DNA of 64,000 nucleotides from Yoonia sp. (GTDB lineage Bacteria; Pseudomonadota; Alphaproteobacteria; Rhodobacterales; Rhodobacteraceae): NCBI GenBank assembly GCA_029250945.1, contig JAQXEG010000011.1, positions 38,727 to 102,726 of the forward strand, read 5' to 3'. Shown piece by piece: positions 50,407 to 61,181 of this stretch (position 1 is its first letter; each line of letters starts with the position of its first letter). The notes under the pieces were generated by a model. It saw only the letters and a program-made list of their open reading frames with translations, ran no database searches and was not told where the DNA came from. The position numbers and the translations under genes were made by a program.

Positions 50407-50433
50407 GGGTCTAGGATGACGGGGCGTTACATT

Positions 50434-53400
50434 TTAGCCCTGCAACGCGCGGACCTTGATCTCGCTGTCGGTGCGGTCGACCATTGCCATCACGGCGGCT
50501 TGGGCGGCGGCGGCGGTGGTGTAATAAGGGATTTTGTCGTTCAAGGTCACCGCCCGCATAGAGCGTGAATCCTCGACTGCGGCGGCCCCTTCGGTGGTGT
50601 TAAACACCAGCGCGATATGCCCGTCCTTCAGGCGGTCAACGATTGTGAGCCCGCCTTCATACCCTTTGTTCACCACCTCGGTCGTCAGGCCAGCATCTGT
50701 CAGGAATTTGGCCGTGCCGCGGGTGGCGATGATCTCAAAACCCATACCTTTCAAGGACTTGGCAGCATCCAGCATCGCGTCAGTTTTATCCGCATCGCGG
50801 ATCGACATGAACACAAGGCCAGATGTCGGCAGGTCAGTGCCCGCACCCAATTGCGCCTTCATGAACGCACGCGGGAACGACCGTGCCCAGCCCATCACCT
50901 CACCAGTGGAGCGCATTTCCGGCCCAAGGATCGTGTCCACACCGGGGAAACGGTTGAAGGGCAGAACGGCCTCTTTCACGCTGAACCACGGGGTGTTCGG
51001 ATCGGCCAATGTGAACGGGTCGCCCAGCGGCATGACGTCCATCGGGTCGGCGGCTGGCGCATACGCAGGGCGCAGCGGGAAGTTCGACAGCGGCTCACCT
51101 GCCATCAGGCGGGCGGCGATGGATGCAATCGCCGAATCTGTGGCCTTGGCCACAAATGGTACGGTGCGGGACGCACGCGGGTTGACCTCGATCAGGTAAA
51201 CCACCTCGTCTTTGACGGCAAATTGGATGTTCATCAGACCCACAACGTTCAGCGCCTTTGCCAGCGCCTCTGTCTGTTTGCGGATCTCGGCGATCATCGC
51301 GTCGGACAGCGAATGGGGCGGCAGGGAACAGGCGCTATCGCCCGAATGCACGCCAGCTTCTTCGATGTGCTGCATGATGCCCGCAACGTGGGTCGCCTTA
51401 CCGTCGGACAGGCAATCGACGTCCACTTCAACAGCACCAGATAGGTAGCTGTCGAGCAGCACAGGGCTGTCACCGGATACAACAACCGCCTCGGCGATAT
51501 AGCGTTCCAGTTGCGCCTGATCGCGTACGATTTCCATCGCGCGGCCGCCCAGCACATAAGAAGGGCGGATCACGAGGGGGAAGCCGATGTCAGCTGCGAT
51601 TTTGAACGCTTCTTCGTCCGTGGATGCGATGCCGTTGACAGGCTGCTTTAGGCCCAGGTCGTTGACAAGCGCTTGAAAACGCTCGCGATCTTCGGCCAGA
51701 TCAATCGCGTCTGGCGTGGTGCCAAGGATCGGAATGTCCGCTTCTTCTAGTGCATTGGCCAGCTTCAGCGGCGTTTGCCCACCGAACTGCACGATCACGC
51801 CGTGCAGCGTGCCATTGTCTTGCTCAACCCGCAGGATTTCCATGACGTGTTCATAGGTCAGCGGCTCAAAATACAAACGGTCCGAGGTGTCATAGTCGGT
51901 CGATACCGTCTCGGGGTTGCAGTTGATCATGATCGTCTCGTACCCCTGATCGGTCAGGGCGAAACAGGCGTGGCAGCAGCAGTAATCAAATTCGATCCCT
52001 TGGCCGATCCGGTTCGGACCGCCACCCAAAATCACAACCTTTTTGCGGTCAGACGGGCGCGCCTCGCATTCCACGTCACCCATGACGGGGGCCTCATAGG
52101 TGGAATACATATAGGGTGTTTGCGCCTCAAACTCGGCCGCGCAGGTGTCGATACGTTTGAACGACGCTGTCACGCCAAGCGTATGGCGGATGTTGCGCAC
52201 TTCCGCTTCGCTGTGCTCAATCAATTTGGCCAAACGCGCATCGGTAAAGCCCAACATTTTCAGCTGGCGCATACCGTGCTCGGACGTGGGCAAGCCGTTG
52301 GCGATGACCTCGGCCTCGGCATCCACAATCTCGCGGATACGGTCGAGGAACCACGGGTCAAACTTGGTGACGGCGTGGATGTCATCGTTGGACAAGCCGT
52401 GGCGCATCGCTTGAGCAATCACACGGATACGGTCCGGCGTTTGCTTGGCCAATTCCTTGGTGATGGCCGATACCTCTGGCGCGCCAGGGATGGCGATATC
52501 GTCAAAGCCGGTCAAGCCGGTTTCCATCGATGCCAACGCCTTTTGCATAGATTCGTGGAAGGTGCGGCCAATGGCCATCGCCTCGCCCACGGATTTCATG
52601 GCCGTGGTCAGGTAGGGCTCTGAACCTGCGAATTTTTCAAAGGCAAAACGCGGGATTTTCGTGACGACATAGTCGATCGTCGGCTCGAACGACGCGGGCG
52701 TGACGCCTGTGATGTCATTGTCCAATTCGTCCAATGTATAACCCACGGCCAGTTTCGCTGCGATTTTCGCAATCGGGAAACCTGTTGCCTTGGACGCCAG
52801 CGCTGATGAACGTGACACGCGCGGGTTCATTTCAATCACGACCATGCGGCCGTCGGCTGGGTTCACGGCCCATTGCACGTTTGATCCGCCGGTTTCGACG
52901 CCAATTTCACGCAGGACGTTGATCGAATGCGTGCGCATGATCTGGTATTCTTTGTCCGTCAGGGTCAGGGCAGGGGCGACAGTAATACTGTCGCCTGTGT
53001 GCACGCCCATGGGGTCCACGTTTTCGATGGCGCAGACGATGATCGCATTGTCGGCACGGTCGCGCACGACCTCCATCTCAAACTCTTTCCAGCCCAGAAG
53101 GGATTCATCGACAAGGATCTGACCCACGGGGGATGCATCCATGCCGGTCCGGCAGAAATGTTCGTAATCTTCGCGGTTATACGCCACGCCGCCGCCCGTC
53201 CCACCAAGGGTGAACGCAGGACGGATGATTGCTGGCAGGCCAATTTCCTCAAGGTCGCCAAGGGCGATTTTCACGCCGGCATCCAGATCAAATTTGCCGT
53301 CGTCACCTTTGGGCGCGGTGACGATTGTCGCCTTGGGATTTTCGATGCCCAGACGGTCCATCGCTTCGCGGAACAATTTGCGATCCTCGGCCATCTCAAT

Positions 53401-53766
53401 GGCTTCGCGGTTGGCGCCGATCAGTTGGACGTTGAATTCTTCAAGCACGCCCATGTCTGCCAACGCGAGTGATGTGTTCAGACCCGTCTGGCCGCCCATT
53501 GTGGGTAGTAGCGCATCGGGGCGTTCCTTGGCGATGATCTTGGCCACGACCTCTGGTGTGATCGGCTCAATATAGGTGGCATCGGCAAGGCCCGGATCCG
53601 TCATGATCGTCGCAGGGTTCGAGTTGACGAGGATAACGCGGTATCCTTCTTCGCGCAGCGCCTTGCAGGCCTGAGCACCGGAATAGTCGAATTCACAGGC
53701 CTGCCCAATAATAATGGGGCCTGCACCGATAATCATGATCGATTTGATATCATCACGTTTTGGCAT
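50434..53766 (-). CDS. carB: carbamoyl-phosphate synthase large subunit
   Basis: 1110 aa from [18 protein letters not shown].... Duplicated ATP-grasp halves and an MGS-like C-terminus. Confidence 0.98.
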   Translation of the reverse strand: MPKRDDIKSIMIIGAGPIIIGQACEFDYSGAQACKALREEGYRVILVNSNPATIMTDPGLADATYIEPITPEVVAKIIAKERPDALLPTMGGQTGLNTSLALADMGVLEEFNVQLIGANREAIEMAEDRKLFREAMDRLGIENPKATIVTAPKGDDGKFDLDAGVKIALGDLEEIGLPAIIRPAFTLGGTGGGVAYNREDYEHFCRTGMDASPVGQILVDESLLGWKEFEMEVVRDRADNAIIVCAIENVDPMGVHTGDSITVAPALTLTDKEYQIMRTHSINVLREIGVETGGSNVQWAVNPADGRMVVIEMNPRVSRSSALASKATGFPIAKIAAKLAVGYTLDELDNDITGVTPASFEPTIDYVVTKIPRFAFEKFAGSEPYLTTAMKSVGEAMAIGRTFHESMQKALASMETGLTGFDDIAIPGAPEVSAITKELAKQTPDRIRVIAQAMRHGLSNDDIHAVTKFDPWFLDRIREIVDAEAEVIANGLPTSEHGMRQLKMLGFTDARLAKLIEHSEAEVRNIRHTLGVTASFKRIDTCAAEFEAQTPYMYSTYEAPVMGDVECEARPSDRKKVVILGGGPNRIGQGIEFDYCCCHACFALTDQGYETIMINCNPETVSTDYDTSDRLYFEPLTYEHVMEILRVEQDNGTLHGVIVQFGGQTPLKLANALEEADIPILGTTPDAIDLAEDRERFQALVNDLGLKQPVNGIASTDEEAFKIAADIGFPLVIRPSYVLGGRAMEIVRDQAQLERYIAEAVVVSGDSPVLLDSYLSGAVEVDVDCLSDGKATHVAGIMQHIEEAGVHSGDSACSLPPHSLSDAMIAEIRKQTEALAKALNVVGLMNIQFAVKDEVVYLIEVNPRASRTVPFVAKATDSAIASIAARLMAGEPLSNFPLRPAYAPAADPMDVMPLGDPFTLADPNTPWFSVKEAVLPFNRFPGVDTILGPEMRSTGEVMGWARSFPRAFMKAQLGAGTDLPTSGLVFMSIRDADKTDAMLDAAKSLKGMGFEIIATRGTAKFLTDAGLTTEVVNKGYEGGLTIVDRLKDGHIALVFNTTEGAAAVEDSRSMRAVTLNDKIPYYTTAAAAQAAVMAMVDRTDSEIKVRALQG

Positions 53767-54187
53767 GGCAGTGCCCCCTATCCGGTTATGTGCAAATTGT
53801 CCTGCGTTATAGGGATGGGGCGGCAAGGTGCAAGCGGGGGAGGATAATTTTTCAACAAAAATCATCGCCTCCGGCGGGCATATTTAGGCTCGGAAGAAGG
53901 TGGGCGGCGGCGCATGTTCCTCAACTTTTTCGTGACATGGATGGAATAAATGCGAATTGATCAACGTTAACAATAGGATGGCTGGCACAGATGTGGGGTT
54001 GGACCGTATGGTTTAACATCGAGTTTGGCGGGAGTGCCCAGTTATTGACGAGTAGCACCAAATCAACAGCGGGATTATCCCGCTGTTCCCGCCACCCTTC
54101 GATATCAAATCAGGTCAAACGCTTGACTTTTGTGCTCAGACGCGATGTAGGGAGGGCTGATTTTCCCTTACTTCCAAGGACGCCGTT

Positions 54188-56041
54188 ATGCATGCCTTTC
54201 GTTCCCATTCCTGTGCTGATCTGACCGCCGCCAATGTGGGCGAAACCGTGCGCCTATCGGGCTGGGTCAATCGGGTGCGTGACCACGGTGGGATCTTGTT
54301 CATCGATTTGCGCGACCATTACGGCATCACGCAGGTTCTGTGCGACCCGGATTCGGCAGCATTTTCCGACGTTGAAAAGGTCCGTTCCGAATGGTGTATC
54401 CGCATCGATGGCGAGGTAAAGGCCCGCGATCCAGAACTGGTGAACCCCAAGCTGCCAACTGGTGAGGTCGAGGTTTTCATCCGCGAGATCGAAGTTTTGG
54501 GGTCGGCCAAAGAGCTTCCTTTGCAGGTGTTCGGCGATCAGGAATACCCCGAAGAAACCCGTCTTCAGTATCGTTACCTCGATCTGCGCCGTGAAAAGAT
54601 GCAAGATAACATGCGTCTGCGGTCCGATGTCGTGGCTTCCATGCGCAAGCGGATGTGGGACAAAGGGTTCCGCGAATATCAGACACCAATCATCACGGCA
54701 TCATCGCCTGAAGGCGCGCGCGATTTCCTCGTGCCGTCCCGTCTGCACCCCGGCAAATTCTACGCGCTGCCACAGGCGCCGCAGCAGTTCAAACAGCTGA
54801 TCATGGTGTCGGGTTTCGACAAATATTTCCAAATCGCCCCGTGTTTCCGCGACGAAGACCCGCGTGCCGACCGCTCGCCCACCGATTTCTACCAACTTGA
54901 TCTGGAAATGTCGTTTGTCGAACAGCAGGACGTGTTTGACACGATCCAGCCTGTGATTGGCGGCATTTTTGAAGAATTCGGCAAAGGCCGCAAAGTTGAT
55001 CAAACGTGGGAGCAGATCAGCTACCGCGATGCGGCGAAATGGTACGGCTCTGACAAGCCCGACCTGCGTAACCCGATCAAGATGCAGGACGTGTCCGAAC
55101 ATTTCGCAGGTTCCGGCTTTGCCATCTTTGCCAAACTGCTGGAACAAGACGGTACAGAGGTCCGCGCGATCCCGGCACCAACTGGTGGTGGCCGCAAATT
55201 CTGTGACCGCATGAACGTGTTTGCGCAAAAAGAAGGGCTGCCCGGCATGGGCTATATATTCTGGCGCGAAAAAACCGCTGATTCCGTGGCCCAAGAGCTG
55301 GGCATCACCGTGAAAGAAGCCCAAGCCAAGCTGAAAGTGGGCGAGGTTGAGGGCGGCATGGAAGCGGCGGGTCCCTTGGCCAAAAACATCGGACCAGAGC
55401 GTACAGAGGCGATCCGCCAACAGCTCGGCCTGACGGTGGGCGATGCGGCGTTCTTCCTTGGCGGCAAGCCAAAAGCGTTTGAGAGCGTGGCGGGCAAGGC
55501 GCGTGATGTCATCGGCAAGGAACTTGGCTTGACCGACCTCAACCGGTTTGCATTTGCATGGATCGTTGATTTCCCGATCTACGAGCGTGACGAAGAAACC
55601 GGCAAAATTGATTTTGAACACAACCCTTTCTCCATGCCGCAGGGCGGGATGGCCGCGCTAGACGGCAATCCAGAGGACGTGTTGGGCTATCAATATGACC
55701 TCGCGTGCAACGGCTATGAGCTGGTGTCGGGCGCGATCCGGAACCACCGCCCAGAGATTATGTTCAAGGCATTTGAAATCGCGGGCTACGGCGCGGATGA
55801 GGTTGAAAAGCGCTTTGGCGGTATGGTTAACGCGTTCCAATACGGTGCCCCACCCCACGGTGGCTGTGCTGCTGGCGTTGACCGGATTGTGATGCTTTTG
55901 GCGGATGCGGACAACCTGCGCGACGTCATGATGTTCCCGATGAACCAGCGGGCTGAGGATCTGATGATGGGCGCGCCAAGCCTGCCACAGAACGAACAGC
56001 TACGTGAATTGTCGTTGCGGGTTATCCCACAGGACAATTGA
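54188..56041 (+). CDS. aspS: aspartate--tRNA ligase
   Basis: 617 aa. Class II motifs ([37 protein letters not shown]). Confidence 0.97.
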   Translation: MHAFRSHSCADLTAANVGETVRLSGWVNRVRDHGGILFIDLRDHYGITQVLCDPDSAAFSDVEKVRSEWCIRIDGEVKARDPELVNPKLPTGEVEVFIREIEVLGSAKELPLQVFGDQEYPEETRLQYRYLDLRREKMQDNMRLRSDVVASMRKRMWDKGFREYQTPIITASSPEGARDFLVPSRLHPGKFYALPQAPQQFKQLIMVSGFDKYFQIAPCFRDEDPRADRSPTDFYQLDLEMSFVEQQDVFDTIQPVIGGIFEEFGKGRKVDQTWEQISYRDAAKWYGSDKPDLRNPIKMQDVSEHFAGSGFAIFAKLLEQDGTEVRAIPAPTGGGRKFCDRMNVFAQKEGLPGMGYIFWREKTADSVAQELGITVKEAQAKLKVGEVEGGMEAAGPLAKNIGPERTEAIRQQLGLTVGDAAFFLGGKPKAFESVAGKARDVIGKELGLTDLNRFAFAWIVDFPIYERDEETGKIDFEHNPFSMPQGGMAALDGNPEDVLGYQYDLACNGYELVSGAIRNHRPEIMFKAFEIAGYGADEVEKRFGGMVNAFQYGAPPHGGCAAGVDRIVMLLADADNLRDVMMFPMNQRAEDLMMGAPSLPQNEQLRELSLRVIPQDN

Positions 56042-56054
56042 TCGGCAAAAAGCG

Positions 56055-56078
56055 GCGCGGGGGTGTGTTTCCCCGCGC
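56055..56078 (+). terminator. hairpin GCGCGGGG..CCCCGCGC after aspS
   Basis: 8-bp GC arms with an 8-nt loop. No T-run. Confidence 0.4.
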
Positions 56079-56109
56079 ATGCGGCGCGGAATGCGCGTAA
56101 GATAGCGGC

Positions 56110-57101
56110 ATGATGTTTGACCTAACACTGGCTGCGATCCGATTTGGCAGGGGGCTTTCACTGCTGATTGCCCCGCCGCGCAGTGTCAATGATCTGATCG
56201 TGGACGTCAGACAGCCCCCCCATTTCCATTGCCAGGCTTTGATGCCGTCACGCCATCGGTAAGGGATTTCCACCAGGCGGGCCAAACCCGTAATAAGGCG
56301 CGCGGCACAGCTGAGGCGGAGGCGACAGAAGAGGCGTTTCGCGCGGTCCGCCAAGCCACAAACGCCGTCTACGATCAGGCAATGCGGTCATCGCTTGCAC
56401 GGCAAGTCGGCGCAAATGTGGGGTTTCGCACACGGCTGACCATGTTTTTCGCTGACCATTTCACCGTAAAATCACGCAACACCGCGCAAAGACACGTTTT
56501 CGTCGCCTATGCCGAGGACGCAATCGGGCCCCATGTGAACGGGTATTTTCGCGATATGCTGCGGGCCGTGGCGACCCATCCGATGATGCTTTTGTATCTT
56601 GAACAATATCGTTCAATGGGGCCGCTTAGCAGGGCGGGGCAGCGGTTGGGGCGCGACACGCGTGCCGTGAGCTTTTCGCTCAATGGGTAGGACACGCATT
56701 TGAACCAACAGATCGGGTTACGGCGCGCCTTGGGGCGGTTGAGCGACACCATTTTGACGCTGCGGGCTGGGCTTGGCCCCGTATGGGATAAAACGGCCGT
56801 GTTGTGCTTGACCGAATTCGGGCGCACGGCGGCGGAAAACGGGACGAAAGGCACCGATCATGGGACAGGCGGCGCGATGATCTATGCCGGTGGTGCGCTG
56901 CGTGGCAAACGCATTCTGGGTGATTGGCCGGGCTTGGCCGAGGCGGATTTGTATAACCGACGTGATCTGTTGCCGACCCGCGATATCCGCGCCTATCCCG
57001 CTTGGGTCATGCACGACCTGCTCGGCATTCAAAAGCGGGCGATCGAGACGGCGATTTTCCCAGGCCTTGATATGGGTGCCAATCCCGGAATGGTCGTTTA
57101 G
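56110..57101 (+). pseudogene. remnant fusing the 5' part of a DUF1800 gene to the 3' part of a DUF1501 gene
   Basis: MMFDLTLAAIRFGRGLS... is followed by a frameshift in a C7 run (56215-56221). Then comes ...FADHFTVKSRN...AVATHPMMLLYLEQYRSMGP (DUF1800), then ...SFSLNG*DTHLNQQ...TEFGRTAAENGTKGTDHGTGG...DWPGL (DUF1501 C-terminus). There is an in-frame TAG at 56688-56690. About 1 kb is present where the intact pair normally needs about 2.5 kb. Confidence 0.75.
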
Positions 57102-57814
57102 AGCGCGCCTGTTGTCACCAGCCGTGATTGCACCATCGCGCCCAATACGACCAGATCAGCCGATGTGTTGGTGCTGATTGCGTGCTTTTCAGCAAGGGCG
57201 CTGACCGCTTGATTGAGATCATCATCAGCAACAGATCGGGCAACGCCACCCAAAAATTGGGTGATATAAGCAAGCGTTTCGGCACCATCATCCCCGTCAA
57301 TAACAGACGCCACATGGCTTAGGTCATCGCGGTAGGCAATCAGATCAGGTTCGACGATTTCATCATTGATCGCACGCGGACTGGGCGGTTGGCGATCAGC
57401 GGGCAGATGCGACAGAATTGCGGTTTGGAATGCGGCAAGGCTGGCAATCGGTTTGGCGATAAATCCATCGGCCCCCGCAGCCATCACACCTGATTGCGCA
57501 TCGGCGTCACCGCTGGTGCCAAGGATGACATCAATGCGGGGGCTGGCGCTGGACAGATCGTTGATCAGGTCGAGGCCCGACCCATCCGGCAGCCCGACAT
57601 CAACAATTAGCGCCGTGGGTCGATAAACGGTCAAGTGTTTGCGCGCATGTTCTAGGCTATCGGCGCGGCGAATACGCGCGCCGGATCGCAGGCACAAAAG
57701 ACGCACCGCCTCGCAAGCAAATCGGCTGTCTTCGAGCACAAGCACGGTCAGCCCCAACAGTGGGCGCCGCGCGGTTGGCGGTCGTGTCATCATAAATTCC
57801 TCGGCATTATCCAT
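57098..57814 (-). CDS. response regulator: receiver domain plus an uncharacterised helical C-terminal domain
   Basis: 238 aa. Receiver (LVLEDSRF...LIVDVGLPDGSG...FIAKP). About 100 aa at the C-terminus have no output domain I recognise. Confidence 0.8.
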   Translation of the reverse strand: MDNAEEFMMTRPPTARRPLLGLTVLVLEDSRFACEAVRLLCLRSGARIRRADSLEHARKHLTVYRPTALIVDVGLPDGSGLDLINDLSSASPRIDVILGTSGDADAQSGVMAAGADGFIAKPIASLAAFQTAILSHLPADRQPPSPRAINDEIVEPDLIAYRDDLSHVASVIDGDDGAETLAYITQFLGGVARSVADDDLNQAVSALAEKHAISTNTSADLVVLGAMVQSRLVTTGAL

Positions 57815-57952
57815 CGTCTTTGCTCCCCAAAAACAAACGCTACCTGTGTAACAAAACAGCGCAGAGTGAAATTTCGGTTAACACGGCCCGTTGCGCAGGG
57901 GGCGATCCCGCGACATAACCGCAGCACGCTGCGCAAACCAAAGGATACCATC

Positions 57953-58357
57953 ATGATCGGTCGTCTTAATCACGTTGCCATCGCGGTCCCTGATCTGGAG
58001 GCCGCCGCTGCCCAATATCGCGATACGCTGGGGGCTGATGTCGGGCAGCCACAGGATGAACCTGATCACGGCGTCACCGTCGTATTCATCAATCTGCCGA
58101 ACACCAAGATTGAGCTGCTGTACCCGCTTGGCGACGCGTCCCCGATCCAAGGGTTCTTGGACAAAAATCCAGCCGGTGGCATTCATCATATCTGTTACGA
58201 GGTTGACGATATCCTGATCGCGCGGGACCGGATGATCGCACAGGGCGCACGTGTTCTGGGCAATGGCGAGCCGAAGATAGGCGCGCACGGCAAACCGGTT
58301 CTGTTTTTGCACCCCAAGGACTTTAACGGCTGCCTGGTCGAGCTAGAACAAGTCTAA
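57953..58357 (+). CDS. mce: methylmalonyl-CoA epimerase
   Basis: 134 aa from MIGRLNHVAIAVPDLEAA. VOC fold (GGIHHICYEV). Confidence 0.92.
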   Translation: MIGRLNHVAIAVPDLEAAAAQYRDTLGADVGQPQDEPDHGVTVVFINLPNTKIELLYPLGDASPIQGFLDKNPAGGIHHICYEVDDILIARDRMIAQGARVLGNGEPKIGAHGKPVLFLHPKDFNGCLVELEQV

Positions 58358-58381
58358 TCAAATCTCAAAAGGGGGTCCGTT

Positions 58382-58684
58382 ATGGGGATCACGTCCGCCA
58401 TCGTTTTGTTCGCCGTCATCTGGTTTATGACGTTCCTTGTTGTGTTGCCGCTCGGGCTTCAGACCCAAGCGGAGGCGGGCGAGATTGTGCCTGGCACCCA
58501 TGGGTCATCGCCTGCGAACCTGCAAATGCGGCGCAAGGTCCGCCTGACCAGCCTTTGGGCCGCAGGTATCTGGGTTGTCGTTGCAGGCACGATCCTATCG
58601 GGGCTAATCACCGTGCGGGACCTTGATTGGTTCAACCGCATGGCCACGCCAGAGGTCAGTTTAACCGATGAAACAGATGGGTAA
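58382..58684 (+). CDS. DUF1467 family membrane protein
   Basis: 100 aa, two TM helices. The usual neighbour of mce in alphaproteobacteria. Confidence 0.8.
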   Translation: MGITSAIVLFAVIWFMTFLVVLPLGLQTQAEAGEIVPGTHGSSPANLQMRRKVRLTSLWAAGIWVVVAGTILSGLITVRDLDWFNRMATPEVSLTDETDG

Positions 58685-59351
58685 ACGTAGCCGCCCCTAG
58701 GATCGGGATCACAACGTTTACCAGCGGGATCGACAGCGGCAGCGCCATCAGACAACCGGCCAGCCAAATCTTGCCACTGTGGGTTTTGCGTAGGGTCTTG
58801 GCGTTCGCCCGCCCAATCCGGCGCGTCGCCGCGATCTGAAAATACTCGCGCCCCAGTAAATAGCCGTTCAGTGCAAAGAAAATCGGCAGGGCAAAAAGCG
58901 GCAGCATCGCATAAAGGATGAACGCTGCGATATTCGCCCCGATCAGCGCGCCCAAGAAATTGACCGTATCGCGCAGCCCTTCCCAAAAATCAGACGGTGG
59001 GACGGCGGGCAGATGCGGGTAATGCACATCCTCAACCGCTTGGGCCACGTCGTTCAGGAATAGTGACGTGATCGCTGACGCGACGGGCACCATTAGGAAC
59101 ATCGACAACAAGATCATTACGCCCAGCGACCCCCAGCTGAGCAGATCACCGATCCAGCTGACTTGTCCGACCCACGGTAATGTCACGCCGTCTGCCGTGG
59201 TGGCTTGGATCACCCACAACAATCCGGCATAGGCGGCGACCAGCAAGGCGATGGTCAGGCCAATCCCCAAAAGCAACACGCGCCGGAACCGTGGGTCAGG
59301 CAGCTGTGTAAGGGCTTTAAAGAATGCCGTCAGGATCATGTGCGCACCCAC
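58656..59351 (-). CDS. EI24/CysZ-like membrane protein
   Basis: 231 aa ORF, probably starting at the MILTAFFKALTQL Met. Multi-TM. Confidence 0.75.
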   Translation of the reverse strand: MGAHMILTAFFKALTQLPDPRFRRVLLLGIGLTIALLVAAYAGLLWVIQATTADGVTLPWVGQVSWIGDLLSWGSLGVMILLSMFLMVPVASAITSLFLNDVAQAVEDVHYPHLPAVPPSDFWEGLRDTVNFLGALIGANIAAFILYAMLPLFALPIFFALNGYLLGREYFQIAATRRIGRANAKTLRKTHSGKIWLAGCLMALPLSIPLVNVVIPILGAATFTHLFHRLN

Positions 59352-59914
59352 GTCGTGATCGCAGATAGATCAGGGCGGGGGCGTTCGGGCGGGGCGCTGG
59401 TTTCCGTGCCGATATGGATGATGCCCGCGACAGATTCGTCTGGTGTGAGCGCCAGTTCGGTTTCCACAAACGTGCGGTCATGACTGGCCCAGCCGGATAA
59501 CCAGTTGGCGCCCCATCCAGCGGCCAATGCGGCGTTGACCAACGACAGGCATACAGCCCCTGCGGAATACACCTGTTCGATCAGCGGGATTTTTTCGGAT
59601 TTGACGGGGGCGGACACAACGACCACCGCCAGATCGGCGTTCCCATATTGGGCGCATGCCTTGGTGATCTGATCCTCGGTCAGTCCAAGGGCGGCACCAC
59701 GGGCGGGGATCGCCTGTGCCAGACGGTCCAGCGCGGGTTTCTCAAGCACGATGAACCGCCACGGTTCCAGCTTGCCATGATCGGGCGTGCGTGCGGCGGC
59801 GGTCAGGATCACGTCCAAATCGGCGGCATCCGGTACTGGCGTTGTCAGCGTTTTGGCAGGGCGCGACCGACGGGTCAGCAGGAAATCAAGGGCGGCGTCA
59901 TTCTTGGGTGGCAT
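59336..59914 (-). CDS. nitroreductase family protein
   Basis: 192 aa from MPPKNDAALDFLLTRRSRPAK. Motif PDHGKLEPWRF. Confidence 0.88.
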   Translation of the reverse strand: MPPKNDAALDFLLTRRSRPAKTLTTPVPDAADLDVILTAAARTPDHGKLEPWRFIVLEKPALDRLAQAIPARGAALGLTEDQITKACAQYGNADLAVVVVSAPVKSEKIPLIEQVYSAGAVCLSLVNAALAAGWGANWLSGWASHDRTFVETELALTPDESVAGIIHIGTETSAPPERPRPDLSAITTWVRT

Positions 59915-59954
59915 GGGGTGTCCTTTGGTCTGTTGGGATTGACCTAAGGACCGA

Positions 59955-61064
59955 TCACCCTTGGGACAAGAGGGTTGCGGCCATCTCATCCACCAGACCG
60001 GCCACATAGGCGTCAAAACTGGGTCGTGGTTGGCGGGCTTGGAAAATCGCGGCAGACGGATCTGGGGCGCTGATCGCGCTTGCTGCCATGGTTTGCAGCA
60101 CCGCGTGACCACAGAATGGGACGTAATTCTCGGCATAGCCGCCCTCATGCACCATCACCAGCTTGCCGTCGCAAACATCATCAGCGACAGCCATCACGCG
60201 GGCGGTCATCGCAGCAAATGTTTCTGCAGTGGCCAGCATCCGCCCTAGCGGATCAACCACGCTGGCATCAAACCCGCAGGCGATAATCAGAACATCAGGC
60301 GCAAAATCGCGGATTGCGGGCAGGGCGATCCGGTCCATCGCATCCAGATACCCAACATGGCCTGTGCCCGCTGGCAACGGGATGTTCAGGTTCGCACCGA
60401 GACCTGCGCCGCGCCCACGATCTGCAAAATCGCCTGTGTCAGTGGGGTAATTGCGGTCTTGGTGGATCGACAGGGTCAGCACTTCGGGGTCTTCGTAAAA
60501 CACAGCCTCTGTGCCATTGCCGTGATGCACGTCCCAATCAAGCACGGCAAAACGCTTGGCGGCACCTGCGGCGCGGGCGGCCTCAATCGCGATGCCGATG
60601 TTATTGAGCAGACAAAACCCATTGGGGAAATCAGGCAAACAGTGATGGCCGGGCGGGCGGGACAGGGCATAGGCGTTGTTCAGATCACCCGACAACACAT
60701 CCATCAGCGCGGCCTTGGCCAATCCTGCCGACAAGGCCGCAATCTCGTATCCGCCGGGGCCAAAGGGGGTGCGCATCCCCAACTCTCCGCCGGCCTTGGC
60801 AGATAGGGCCGCGAATTCATCAAGGTAGTGATCGGGATGCACGCGCGCCAGATCATCGCTGGTCGCAGGGGTGGCACCGCGCATCTGCAATTTATCCGAC
60901 AATCCGGTCACGTGGATCAGGTTCTTCAGGCGGCGCTTTGTCTCGGGATTTTCGGGCAATCCGCCGACCATGGGTTGCACCAACCCGCCCACAGGCAACA
61001 GCCCCGCATAGTTTCCGCCACCATGCCAAAAACAACTCTCATGCCAGTAAAATCCCGTGCGCAT
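59955..61064 (-). CDS. histone deacetylase-family amidohydrolase
   Basis: 369 aa from MRTGFYWHE. Motifs RPPGHH, DWDVHHGNGT, EGGY. Confidence 0.9.
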   Translation of the reverse strand: MRTGFYWHESCFWHGGGNYAGLLPVGGLVQPMVGGLPENPETKRRLKNLIHVTGLSDKLQMRGATPATSDDLARVHPDHYLDEFAALSAKAGGELGMRTPFGPGGYEIAALSAGLAKAALMDVLSGDLNNAYALSRPPGHHCLPDFPNGFCLLNNIGIAIEAARAAGAAKRFAVLDWDVHHGNGTEAVFYEDPEVLTLSIHQDRNYPTDTGDFADRGRGAGLGANLNIPLPAGTGHVGYLDAMDRIALPAIRDFAPDVLIIACGFDASVVDPLGRMLATAETFAAMTARVMAVADDVCDGKLVMVHEGGYAENYVPFCGHAVLQTMAASAISAPDPSAAIFQARQPRPSFDAYVAGLVDEMAATLLSQG

Positions 61065-61181
61065 CTGAAACCTCCCGTTTCGGGGTAGCCTAGCGAAGCG
61101 GCGGGCCGCTGCCAATCGCGCGAATGTGCGCTGGCACAGGCTGGCAAGATCGCTTTCATGGCACTAGTTTAGCGAAAACAA

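Noticed and set aside
50399-50433. Possible extra degenerate REP copies (GTAGGGTCGGGGTCTAGGATGACGGGGCGTTACAT here, and CTTGCGTAGCGTGAACCCAACACATTGGGGG at about 45108-45140)
   Set aside because: They share the GTAG/TAGGATG head, but the hairpin arms do not pair convincingly. They are too divergent to call without a genome-wide model.
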